The notes under the pieces: model-generated
Database searches by the model: none
What the model was told of the DNA's origin: nothing
Seen by the model: only the letters and a program-made list of their open reading frames with translations
Shown: positions 9,434-18,431 of the stretch, piece after piece
Layout of the letters: each line of letters opens with the position of its first letter
Position numbering within the stretch: position 1 is the first letter of the stretch
Translations under genes and position numbers: made by a program
Assembly (NCBI GenBank): GCA_964577155.1
Contig: CAZNYB010000007.1
Span: forward strand, 3,038-67,037
Direction of reading: 5' to 3'
From: an uncultured Thermomicrobiales bacterium
Lineage (GTDB): Bacteria > Chloroflexota > Chloroflexia > Thermomicrobiales > CFX8
Length of the DNA: 64,000 bases

Positions 9434-10483
9434 TTACCCTTCTCCGTCACCCTCGGAGCAACCGGATTTTTCTTCATTCTCCTGTCTTAGCATGTTGATG
9501 ACCAGATCAATCGAAGTTGGTTCCCCTGGCCGTGAGCCGCCAGCCGCTGGCGAACCACGGTAGGGATCCATCAAAGTAGCAGCGATATCCACCACTTCCT
9601 GGTGCGGGCTGGCGAGGGCGGCCGTTGCGATTTCAGGATGACGATGCAGGCGGAACATAAGATGGGCTGCGTCAGTCGCCAGCTCCTGATCTGGATGGGT
9701 AACATAAAACGCCAGGATGCCTGCAACCTCTTTTGTCGGGAGATGTTCCGCGATGCCGAGCAGCGCGCTCCGCTGGATCGCCAACGTCGTCTGTTCCGGC
9801 GCAAGCAGCTCGAAGGCAAGCTCAGTGGCGCTGTTCGGGCTGGAGCGGAATCCGGCTCGCCAGGCGAATCCACGCACTCGTTCATCAGGATCGGTGCTGA
9901 GTTCGTCAAGTCTGGAGGCGAGCAGCTCCGGATTGTGTTCGGCAAGATACTCGGCAGCCAGTCCTCTTGTCTGCGGGTCCGCCGAACGCAATCCGGATGA
10001 AGCAATCTCTAAACTCGTCTCTTCGTCCAGACCATATGGACTGAACGGGTCCATTATCAGGAGATAGAGTGTCGATCTTGCAGCATCACCGGTCGATGAC
10101 GTCAGAATCGTCGTTGCCGCATCGAGTAGCTCATCCTGGTCGGTTGCCAGCCGTGTCCAGAAATAGGATGCCGAAGAGCCTCCGGCTAGAGCAATTGCAT
10201 GGCCCCGGAGTACCGGCATCGACGCCGTTTCGATGACTCGCTTGAAGGTCGTGTCGCGGGCAATGCCGGCATAGTCGTCTTCAAAGTCGAGCAGCCGGTC
10301 CGCCATCGTTGCATCCAGACAGGCTGCCTCGCGGAGACGACGTCTCCCTGCTGGCGTTGAAATGAGCGTTTCTCGATGTTCTTTCGACTCAGACACTGCT
10401 CTGGAATCCGTCAACTCATTTCGATCTACCGAGACCCTGAACCGAAATGTTGCCTCAACGCCTCTAAAACGAGGCGTCTGCAT
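9434..10483 (-). CDS. HEAT/ARM-like repeat protein, function unknown
   Basis: Helical repeats such as DPQTRGLAAEYLAEH and DPDERVRGFAWRAG. Start moved to ATG 10483 (MQTPRF), which follows a GAGGA and removes the overlap with queF. Confidence 0.55.
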   Translation of the reverse strand: MQTPRFRGVEATFRFRVSVDRNELTDSRAVSESKEHRETLISTPAGRRRLREAACLDATMADRLLDFEDDYAGIARDTTFKRVIETASMPVLRGHAIALAGGSSASYFWTRLATDQDELLDAATTILTSSTGDAARSTLYLLIMDPFSPYGLDEETSLEIASSGLRSADPQTRGLAAEYLAEHNPELLASRLDELSTDPDERVRGFAWRAGFRSSPNSATELAFELLAPEQTTLAIQRSALLGIAEHLPTKEVAGILAFYVTHPDQELATDAAHLMFRLHRHPEIATAALASPHQEVVDIAATLMDPYRGSPAAGGSRPGEPTSIDLVINMLRQENEEKSGCSEGDGEG

Positions 10484-10496
10484 ATCTGTGAAATCC

Positions 10497-10865
10497 TCAA
10501 CCTCGATCAGGCGCTTTATAGCTAGCAGTGACGGTGGTATAGAGCCCCCCGCGCACGTTGAACTTTCCGGTGACACTCGCTTCTCTCGGTTCGATCGCAC
10601 TGACGATGTCATCCAGTATGGTGTTGGTCACTGCTTCATGGAATGCGCCCTCGTCACGGTAGGACCAGAAGTACAACTTCAGCGATTTGAGTTCGACACA
10701 CCTCTGGTCCGGCACGTAAACGAGTGTGATTTCAGCGAAGTCCGGCTGGCCGGTCATCGGGCAGACGCAGGTAAACTCAGGCGTCACAATCTCGATCTCA
10801 TAATCCCGCTCAGGGTTCGGGTTTGGGAACGTGTCCAGCACTTTGGACGGCTTCGTGGGCGACAT
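10497..10865 (-). CDS. queF: NADPH-dependent 7-cyano-7-deazaguanine (preQ0) reductase, unimodular type
   Basis: [23 protein letters not shown] and [16 protein letters not shown] are QueF signature blocks; 122 aa. Confidence 0.9.
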   Translation of the reverse strand: MSPTKPSKVLDTFPNPNPERDYEIEIVTPEFTCVCPMTGQPDFAEITLVYVPDQRCVELKSLKLYFWSYRDEGAFHEAVTNTILDDIVSAIEPREASVTGKFNVRGGLYTTVTASYKAPDRG

Positions 10866-10905
10866 CGTGCTTACTCCCGCCGGTCAGTTCGTGAAGAACC
10901 CGTCG

Positions 10906-12405
10906 TCATCGAACACGCCGAACCTTACCCATATACCAGACTGGAACAGTGCCGCGAACACCTGCGCTCCAGGAGAAACCGTCGAACTCGGTCCTGTATG
11001 GCAAATACTCGCCATACCTTAAGAACGGCACTCGGGCGATGTCTGCCGCCAGCGCGGCTTGTAGCTGCTTGTAGTACTGCCCTCGCTCCTGGCGATCGAT
11101 CGTTGATCTACCCTTGCGAAAACAGTCGTCGACCACATCATTGCCGTAACCCTGGATGTTTCGCGGACCGTCCGAGGCAATGAAACTCGCGAATTGGTGA
11201 GGGTCTGGACCAATATCGCCAGCGTCGATAGCAATATCGAAGTCATGGTTGGTCGCAACCCGCTCCTGCCATTCAAACGGATCCAGCACCTCTACGGTGA
11301 CATCAACGCCAACGGCGGCCAGCTGCGATTGCATGACGTTTGCGGCAATAGCATAGTGGGGATACAGCGAGCGAGCCGCAATGCGAATTTCCATGCGACT
11401 TCCATCATCACCTCGCTCAAAGCCAGCCTGGTCGAGCAATTCCCCGGCAAGTTCCAGGTCGAGCTCAGGCGCGACGGCATCCGGGTTGAATGCCCAGCTA
11501 ACGTGATCCAGATAATAGTTGACTGGCGTGTCCAGATCCTTGTATATCGCATCGGCAACGCCTTGCCGGTCAAGTGCCCTGGCGAAGGCTTCTCGAACCC
11601 GGCGATCCTGAAATCGTTCCTGTCGCCAGTTGAATGCAATCCAGCCAATCGAGTTGCCCGAATCGACTCTAACGGCGACATTCTCAATGTCAGCCCAGTC
11701 ATCGAGATCTGCCGCATTGACGCCGTGGACGGTGTGATGGACATCGCCTCGCCACAGCGCCTGGTGCGCTTCTTCGTCATCTGGAATCACGATATAGGTA
11801 AGTCTCGACACATATGGACCGTCGCCCCAGTATTCGGTGTTTGCTTCCAGTTCGATCCGGTCGCCTTCGATGTGCCGGATGAATTTAAATGGACCGCTGC
11901 CGACCGGATCCCAATTGTGCGGGTTGGTGTCCCAATCTGTGCCCTCGTAGAGATGCTTCGGGACAATATGCGAGAAGACAAACGAACCAAGCTGGGCTAG
12001 AAACGCGGCATTCGGACCGTCGAGGATGCATTCGACTGTGTGGTCGTCGATGGCGCGGATCGTTTCGATCTCTTTGATCCAGGACAGCCCTTGATAGCCA
12101 CAACGTTTGACCTCTTCGTAGGTGTAGACGACGTCGTGGGCTGTCAACGGTTCACCGTCGTGCCAGCGGGCGTTCTTATTCAGGTGGAAGATATACCGCT
12201 GGCCATTGTCGAGAATATCCCATGTTTCTGCCAGATCAGGATGAATATCCCCTGTATCGAAAACATCGAGAACCACCAGGCGGCTGTAGATGTTGTTGGC
12301 GGCGAAATAGCCGCCATGTCCGGTGTAGTTCTTCCACACTTCATTGAATGACCGTGCGTCATACGGGATCGCGATTCGAAGCTCGGTGTCCGCAATTTCG
12401 CTCAT
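10906..12405 (-). CDS. Family-5 solute-binding-protein homologue (DppA/OppA-like) without a signal peptide
   Basis: WHDGEPLTAHDVVYTYE and DPVGSGPFKF. The N-terminus MSEIADTELRIAIPYD starts directly at the mature-domain motif. Confidence 0.8.
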   Translation of the reverse strand: MSEIADTELRIAIPYDARSFNEVWKNYTGHGGYFAANNIYSRLVVLDVFDTGDIHPDLAETWDILDNGQRYIFHLNKNARWHDGEPLTAHDVVYTYEEVKRCGYQGLSWIKEIETIRAIDDHTVECILDGPNAAFLAQLGSFVFSHIVPKHLYEGTDWDTNPHNWDPVGSGPFKFIRHIEGDRIELEANTEYWGDGPYVSRLTYIVIPDDEEAHQALWRGDVHHTVHGVNAADLDDWADIENVAVRVDSGNSIGWIAFNWRQERFQDRRVREAFARALDRQGVADAIYKDLDTPVNYYLDHVSWAFNPDAVAPELDLELAGELLDQAGFERGDDGSRMEIRIAARSLYPHYAIAANVMQSQLAAVGVDVTVEVLDPFEWQERVATNHDFDIAIDAGDIGPDPHQFASFIASDGPRNIQGYGNDVVDDCFRKGRSTIDRQERGQYYKQLQAALAADIARVPFLRYGEYLPYRTEFDGFSWSAGVRGTVPVWYMGKVRRVR

Positions 12406-12453
12406 GCTCGTTTTTCTCCTCGTTTTCTGGCATCGAACGTCAGCAGAACGCTA

Positions 12454-14499
12454 CTATCTCCGGTCGTTGTTGCCAAATACAGAATCAAGTTGCTGGTTCA
12501 GTTCTTGCGGATCGGTGACCGGCAACTGGCAAGCGAAGTTGACGCAGACGTAGCCTGCAGGAAGGCCGTCAACAAGCTCACGACCTGCGAGTAATTCAAC
12601 GAGTTCACCCGGTTTGTCCGCAGGATCCCCGACCGCTCGCACACTTCTCGGGAGATACCGGATGCGAACAGTGTTGACCAGTGCTGAAGTCTCGCTGGCG
12701 TCGACCGGGCCGGCAATGGCAATTTCGGCGCTCGGGCCAACGGCGAACGATAGCCCGGAAAGCAGCCGGGAGAATCCCTGGGGCTGTTCTGAGGCGATGA
12801 ATCCGTAGTCTTCGAACACGTCTGTCGCGAGACGGGCGTAGGACACGTTTCCGGTCAAATGACTCAGTCTGACCAGCACGTCAGCGATGACGCTGTTGCC
12901 GGATGGCGTTGCATTGTCATAGGCATCTCTTGGTCTGGCGACAAGCTGCTCGCTCGACGAGCCAGTGTCATAGAAAGCGCCAGTCGATTGATCGTAGAAC
13001 TCTCCGATCGCTGTTTCAGCAAGCTGGTTTGCCCAGGTCAACCACTCTGGCTGGAAAGTAGCCTGATAGAGCGCGAGGAGTCCATCCAGGACAAATGCAT
13101 AGTCCTCGAGAAAGCCATCGATCTTTGCCTGTCCATCTTTGTAAGCGTGTTGCAGCTGGCCGTCGACCAGGAGGCGCTGACGTAAAAATGTTGCGTTCTG
13201 GACCGCTACTTCAGCGTAGCGACTCGACTCAAACACCCAGGCTGCGTTGGCGAAGGCGCGGAGCGCCAGCCCGTTCCAGGAGGTCAGAATCTTTTCGTCG
13301 CGCCCCGGATACTCCCGCTCGTTTCGCGCAGACAGCATCTGTTCCCGAAGCGTCGTAAACCGCTCGTTTCGCCAGAGGAGCCGATCAGGTTCACGCTGGA
13401 TCGCCAGGACGTTTGTGCCTTCAAAGTTCCCGCGTTCGCTCACACCCATCAGTTCCGCGACTGACTGACTATCATGTTCCCCGAGGGCGTCGCGGAGTTC
13501 AGCAAGTGTCCAGGTATAGTACTTCCCTTCTTCACCCTCAGTATCCGCATCCAGCGTGGAGTAAAATCCGCCATCTTCAGACGTTAGCTCGTTGAGAATG
13601 AAGTCGAGCGTCTCCTCGGCGATGGTTCGGAAAAACGGCTCGCCAGTTAACTGATACGCCTGGGTGTAGACGTCAGCCAGCAGAGCGTTGTCGTAGAGCA
13701 TCTTCTCGAAGTGTGGGACTAGCCAGATAGCGTCGACGGTATAGCGGTGAAAGCCACCGCCAACCTGATCGTACAGTCCGCCACGAGCCATGCGATCCAG
13801 CGTCAGATGGATCATTCCGGCGACTTCATCGTTGCCAGTCCGGGTGAAGTAGTCCAGTAAAAATTCGATAGTCATCGCAGCCGGGAACTTTGGCGCTCCG
13901 CCAAATCCGCCATTGGTCCGATCGAACTGCTGGATCAGATTCCCATATGCCTTGTCCAGTAGAGACGAATTGAGCTGGGTTGCTTGAAGATCGGCAGTGA
14001 AATGATGATTGAGATTTTCGGTCAGCTTTTCAGCTGACTCGACGACCTGGTGTTGTCGGTCCCGGTATGCCTCTGACACCCCTTGCAGGATGCGAGGAAA
14101 TCCTGGCATCGGTCCCCGGTCTGCCGGTGGGTAGTAGGTACCTCCGTAGAACGGCTTTCCATCTGGTGTCAAAAAGACGGTCATAGGCCAGCCGCCGTGG
14201 CCGGTCATCATCTGGACCGAGAGCATGTAGAGCGCATCCAGGTCCGGGCGCTCTTCGCGGTCCACCTTGATGTTGACGAAACGTTCGTTCATCAGCGCCG
14301 CGATCTCTTCGTTTTCGAAACTCTCATGCGCCATGACATGACACCAGTGGCAGGCTGAGTAGCCAATAGACAGCAGGATGGGTTTGTCTGTCTCGCGGGC
14401 TAGCTCAAGCGCCTCCGGCCCCCATGGAAACCAGTCTACGGGGTTGTCAGCGTGTTGCAGCAGGTAGGGACTTGATTCGGCGGCCAACTTGTTTGGCAT
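12454..14499 (-). CDS. Thioredoxin-domain protein (YyaL/DUF255 type, N-terminal Trx-like domain plus alpha/alpha-barrel)
   Basis: [18 protein letters not shown] and [18 protein letters not shown]; 681 aa. Confidence 0.85.
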   Translation of the reverse strand: MPNKLAAESSPYLLQHADNPVDWFPWGPEALELARETDKPILLSIGYSACHWCHVMAHESFENEEIAALMNERFVNIKVDREERPDLDALYMLSVQMMTGHGGWPMTVFLTPDGKPFYGGTYYPPADRGPMPGFPRILQGVSEAYRDRQHQVVESAEKLTENLNHHFTADLQATQLNSSLLDKAYGNLIQQFDRTNGGFGGAPKFPAAMTIEFLLDYFTRTGNDEVAGMIHLTLDRMARGGLYDQVGGGFHRYTVDAIWLVPHFEKMLYDNALLADVYTQAYQLTGEPFFRTIAEETLDFILNELTSEDGGFYSTLDADTEGEEGKYYTWTLAELRDALGEHDSQSVAELMGVSERGNFEGTNVLAIQREPDRLLWRNERFTTLREQMLSARNEREYPGRDEKILTSWNGLALRAFANAAWVFESSRYAEVAVQNATFLRQRLLVDGQLQHAYKDGQAKIDGFLEDYAFVLDGLLALYQATFQPEWLTWANQLAETAIGEFYDQSTGAFYDTGSSSEQLVARPRDAYDNATPSGNSVIADVLVRLSHLTGNVSYARLATDVFEDYGFIASEQPQGFSRLLSGLSFAVGPSAEIAIAGPVDASETSALVNTVRIRYLPRSVRAVGDPADKPGELVELLAGRELVDGLPAGYVCVNFACQLPVTDPQELNQQLDSVFGNNDRR

Positions 14500-14505
14500 G
14501 TTGAG

Positions 14506-14547
14506 ATCCTTACTATCCGCGATTGCGGTGTCGCGGATAGTAAGGAT
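14506..14547 (-). promoter_or_regulatory. 17-bp perfect inverted repeat (hairpin) that includes the Shine-Dalgarno of the 12454..14499 gene
   Basis: ATCCTTACTATCCGCGA (14506-14522), 8-nt spacer, TCGCGGATAGTAAGGAT (14531-14547). On the mRNA the 3' arm contains UAAGGA, 7 nt before AUG 14499. Confidence 0.6.
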
Positions 14548-14620
14548 ACGTTCTGCGGCAAGATGGCTCTATCTTGGGCCAGGTTTCACATGGTGATCGG
14601 TAGTTACCGAGTTGGGTTGA

Positions 14621-15715
14621 TTACGAACCGAAGTGCTCGCATGCCAGCGACCGGACCGGTGGCAAACCGGATGTCAGGTCAAGCCAGCTATCGCCACCGC
14701 TCCGGGTGTGAAAAATACGCCCGTCACTGGTCCCGATGTAGACGCCGCCGTCGTCGCAGAGATCGGTCGTCATGCCTTCCCGGTAGAGGGTCACGTTTTC
14801 GATTGTTGGAAGGCCATCGGTCAGCCGCTCCCAGCTATCGCCATCGTCTTTGCTGCGGTAGACCGCAAGCTGCCCGGTCACCCGCACACCAGATTCTTCC
14901 GTCCAGTCGTGCTGAGGCATGGTGTAGATCGTGCCATCACGGGTGATGTCGATGACGAAACCGAATCGGTCTGGCAGGCCATCGCTGATGTCTTCCCAGT
15001 GTTCCCCGTAATTGGTGGAACGGTATGTTCCGACGTGTGACTGCTGGAACAGTTTGCCATTCTCCGAATGGCGGACAAATTTGTGCGTTCAACGATGAAC
15101 CCCCGGATGTTCCACCGGTTTGCCCATCTCCATGGCGAAATCCTCGGCCATCGAGACCGTGCCATCATTGCGAGGTTCCCAGGTTTCACCAAAATCCGGC
15201 GAGTAGAACACGCCGCCTACTGACATGCCAACCAAGAGATCATCCGGCCGGGCTGGATTTGTGACAATCGTATGCAGACACATCCCGCCACCGCCGGGCC
15301 ACCATTCGTTGCGATTTGCCTGACTTCTGAACCCGTCAACCTCGTACCAGGTATCTCCCCAGTTGTCCGACCGGAACAATGTTGACGGGTCGGTGCCGGC
15401 AAGAATAGTGCCGGGCCGGTGACTGGTCGCGGGTTCAACATGCCAGATTTTCTCGACGTCGAACGGCTGGCCAGCTATTTCCCAGGTTTCGCCACGGTCT
15501 CGGGACCGGTAGATGGCGGAGTGATCTTCGCCGTTAGCCGCGGCCCAGACGGTACGTCCATCTCTCGGATCGAGGATGGCATGACTGATGTCCATACCTT
15601 TCAAGAACGGGCCATACGCTTCCCACGATGTACGGTTGAGATCGCTCTCGAATACATACAGTCCGTCGCGGGTGCCTGCGGCAATGAATACGCGGTGATC
15701 GAACCGGGTCGCCAT
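14621..15715 (-). pseudogene. BNR/sialidase-like beta-propeller gene interrupted by one in-frame TGA (codon 209, 15091..15089); nonsense pseudogene or selenocysteine-recoding candidate
   Basis: ORFs 15089..15715 and 14621..14920 share one frame. My translation across the gap has no other stop (…GVHR-TGA-THKFVRHSENGKLFQQSHVGTYRSTNYGEHWEDISDG…). BNR-like S/T-x-D-x-G-x-T/S-W repeats: SRDRGETW, SDNWGDTW, SPDFGETW, STNYGEHW, SKDDGDSW, TRSGGDSW. Confidence 0.7.
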
Positions 15716-15873
15716 GGTCTGCTACTCCTCTGTGCAGCGAACAAAAACTGGAACGCATGTTCTGTACGTACATATTGAATCACTGCCGTGCCTTGATGTC
15801 AATAACCGTCGTTCTACATCGGCGATCAACTTAAGTGACGTTGACAAAAGGCAGGTACAATCTGGTAGGAGGG

Positions 15874-17139
15874 ATGCCTGTGAAAGCAATACAGCTAAGT
15901 GACTCGAAACCACGCTATGCGATGACCCGGATTGCCGCAAAAGCGCGGAATAGCGCCTACTGGGGACCTGTTGGACTGCTCAGTTCCAACGAAGTTGATC
16001 CGCCTGAGTTTCCAAATCAGGAGTGGGTCCGAATCCAGACACGATATGGCGGAATCTGTGGCAGTGATCTCGGGTCTATCACATTAAAGTCGTCGACATC
16101 TACGACGGTATTCGCGTCGTTTCCATTTACACTCGGGCATGAAAATGTCGGCGTGATCGTGGAAACCGGTGAGGATGCGGGGGATTTCCAGCCGGGGCAG
16201 CGTGCGGTCGTCAATCCGCTGCTACCGTGCGCCACCCGCCAGATCGATCCACCGTGTCCGAAGTGCCAGTCTGGCAAACCCAATCTGTGCCAGAACTTTG
16301 ACGGCGGGGAACTATCCGCGGGGGTGATGACCGGTTTTTGCCGGGATACCGGCGGCTCATGGAGTTCCGAGTTCATCGCACACAGGTCTCAGGTTCAGCC
16401 AGTGCCAGTTGGGATATCTGATGAAGAGGCTGTCCTTGCCGAGCCGTTTGCCATTGCTCTTCACCCGGTACTCCAGGATTTGCCTGCTGACGACGATCAG
16501 GTCCTGATCATTGGCTCAGGGATTATTGGCCTGTGCACGATTGCCGCGATCCGCGCCGCAGGCAGCAAAGCGCGCATCGTTGTTACCTCTCGCCACGTGT
16601 TCCAGTCGCTGGCTGCCCGCAAACTCGGCGCAGACGTCGTTCTCAACATTGCAGGCGATGATGAACTCGAAGAGCGTCTGGTTGAAGAATTCGGCGCAAG
16701 ATCGTTGATACCGGTGCTCGGCGACAACGTCATCGTAGGCGGCGCGAACTATGTCTACGACTGTGTTGGCTCTTCGGACTCTCTCAGGACGTCTATCCGG
16801 TTTGCTGCTTCAAACGGTCAGGTCGTGATTATCGGTCTGGCCGGTGTTCCAAAAAACGTCGATTTCACACCGGTCTGGATGAATGAACTGACGTTGCGTG
16901 GAGATTTTTGCTACGCGACGCAAATGTATCAGGGTCAGGAGATCGACCCGATCGCGCTGGCGATGAGACTGATGGCGGAGAAAAAGGCTGATCTGGGCTG
17001 GCTCGTTACCCACCGATTTGAGCTGGATGACTATAAAGAAGCCCTTGCCACGGTGAGCGGCAAGGGCGATAGTGGTGTTATCAAAGCTGTGTTCGCGTTT
17101 GACCTGGCGACAACTACGACATCGGCACCTGAGGGATAA
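15874..17139 (+). CDS. Zinc-dependent medium-chain alcohol/polyol dehydrogenase
   Basis: GICGSDL, TLGHENVG and structural-zinc CPKCQSGKPNLC. Start is ATG 15874 or GTG 15880 after AGGAGG. The 3' end overlaps the convergent gene by 26 nt. Confidence 0.8.
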   Translation: MPVKAIQLSDSKPRYAMTRIAAKARNSAYWGPVGLLSSNEVDPPEFPNQEWVRIQTRYGGICGSDLGSITLKSSTSTTVFASFPFTLGHENVGVIVETGEDAGDFQPGQRAVVNPLLPCATRQIDPPCPKCQSGKPNLCQNFDGGELSAGVMTGFCRDTGGSWSSEFIAHRSQVQPVPVGISDEEAVLAEPFAIALHPVLQDLPADDDQVLIIGSGIIGLCTIAAIRAAGSKARIVVTSRHVFQSLAARKLGADVVLNIAGDDELEERLVEEFGARSLIPVLGDNVIVGGANYVYDCVGSSDSLRTSIRFAASNGQVVIIGLAGVPKNVDFTPVWMNELTLRGDFCYATQMYQGQEIDPIALAMRLMAEKKADLGWLVTHRFELDDYKEALATVSGKGDSGVIKAVFAFDLATTTTSAPEG

Positions 17140-18256
17140 TTTTCCCTTCAATTCTCGCGAATATCTCCGGCAGTGAATGACCGGTAATAGTCAATCCATG
17201 GTTCTTCAGGCCTATGACGGCCCGGCTCGGATCCGGCGCCTGACGGACCAATTCTGCAACGGCGACAGCGAGTTCTTTGGTTCCACAAGGAAAATTGATG
17301 TGTGTGGATTCGATATCGTCCATCCAGGCATGGATATGAATGATCGCGCCGACCTCAGGGTGCTCCTGATAGATCATGTAGTGTTCGATAGCGTCCACGG
17401 AAACGCGGCGAGTCTCGACATCGGGCGGAACGCTGATAACCATAGCGGCATCCTCTTCGATGTAATCGGTTACCAGCATGACATCACTGCCGATCACTTC
17501 GAGTTTGCCTTTGTTCACGCCGCTTGCGCTCATCCAGAACGTGTCTGCATCCTGTCTGGCAGAAAGATTTCCGTAGGACAGGCCACCGATGCTGTAGAGG
17601 CGCATGATATGACGCCGGTCTCGCTCGTTGACCAGCTCTTCCACCGGGAACGGCGCGGGCAGCAGATCCATCGAATCAAGCTGTTTGCCTGCTGAAATCA
17701 GTTCGTCAGTGATTTGATTGCCATTCCAGAGTTCTTTGGGAAGGTTTGGCTCCCAGATGTTGTTGATGACAAGTCTGGAGGTCGCCAGTGGTTCAACCCG
17801 CTCATAAATTTCGGCGAAAAATGATTCGTCGGACTGGCCCGGTTCCTGGGTAACCGCGTAATGACCCTGTTCCATCGTGACGAAGTGCGCTTCGGTAACG
17901 CCGTCCTGGTAGACGATGTAGAAAATAACATTTGAGAGGGTGCGAATCATCAGCGGATACCCGGCCCGGATGTAGTTGTCCACCGGCGCGCCACCGTCAA
18001 TGACGGCAACTGCGAATGTCCCTTGCGATTTCCTGCGAAACGACTTCGGGTTTTCCGCGTCCGAGAAATTGAAAACCAGCTGGACATCTTGAGGCTCGAC
18101 GTCGAGGAACTCATGGCCTCGCCGGTCCATCTCGGCGCGAAGACCGTCATGGAACCACTGATGCCGGTCCGTGACCGGCTCGCCGAACACCGTGTAGGAA
18201 AGATGCCCGTTCTGACTGTCAGAACCGGTCGATTGCTGCGGTGAAACTGAAACCAT
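17114..18256 (-). CDS. Class II aldolase/adducin-domain protein with an unassigned N-terminal domain of about 190 aa
   Basis: C-terminal half has GLSYGNLSARQDADTFWMSASG and GAIIHIHAW (aldolase-II pattern). AAGGAG lies 10 nt before ATG 18256. Confidence 0.7.
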   Translation of the reverse strand: MVSVSPQQSTGSDSQNGHLSYTVFGEPVTDRHQWFHDGLRAEMDRRGHEFLDVEPQDVQLVFNFSDAENPKSFRRKSQGTFAVAVIDGGAPVDNYIRAGYPLMIRTLSNVIFYIVYQDGVTEAHFVTMEQGHYAVTQEPGQSDESFFAEIYERVEPLATSRLVINNIWEPNLPKELWNGNQITDELISAGKQLDSMDLLPAPFPVEELVNERDRRHIMRLYSIGGLSYGNLSARQDADTFWMSASGVNKGKLEVIGSDVMLVTDYIEEDAAMVISVPPDVETRRVSVDAIEHYMIYQEHPEVGAIIHIHAWMDDIESTHINFPCGTKELAVAVAELVRQAPDPSRAVIGLKNHGLTITGHSLPEIFARIEGKIIPQVPMS

Positions 18257-18431
18257 GTTGTATGAACTCCTTGCGTATGAAAACTACTCTATGACAACGT
18301 TCAGGTATCCAGGGGCAAATTAGCGGCAGTCACGTCTGGTTTCAGGTGAATGGCCAGCCCGCTGGTGGATCTAACAATGTCAGATCATCTGACCTACTAT
18401 GGCTTATACCCTCGACACTTTGCAAATGTAC

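Noticed and set aside
10362-12000. Long plus-strand ORFs (10362..11183, 11194..12000). Similar antisense ORFs occur at 39498..40250, 44265..44897, 50711..51325, 61057..61629, 7377..7931 and 8175..8747.
   Set aside because: All lie antisense to genes with clear family motifs (queF/SBP, trpB, trpE, pimA/pgsA, GH, HAD). Their Arg/Pro/Gly-rich composition is typical of GC-rich shadow frames, and they contain no motifs.
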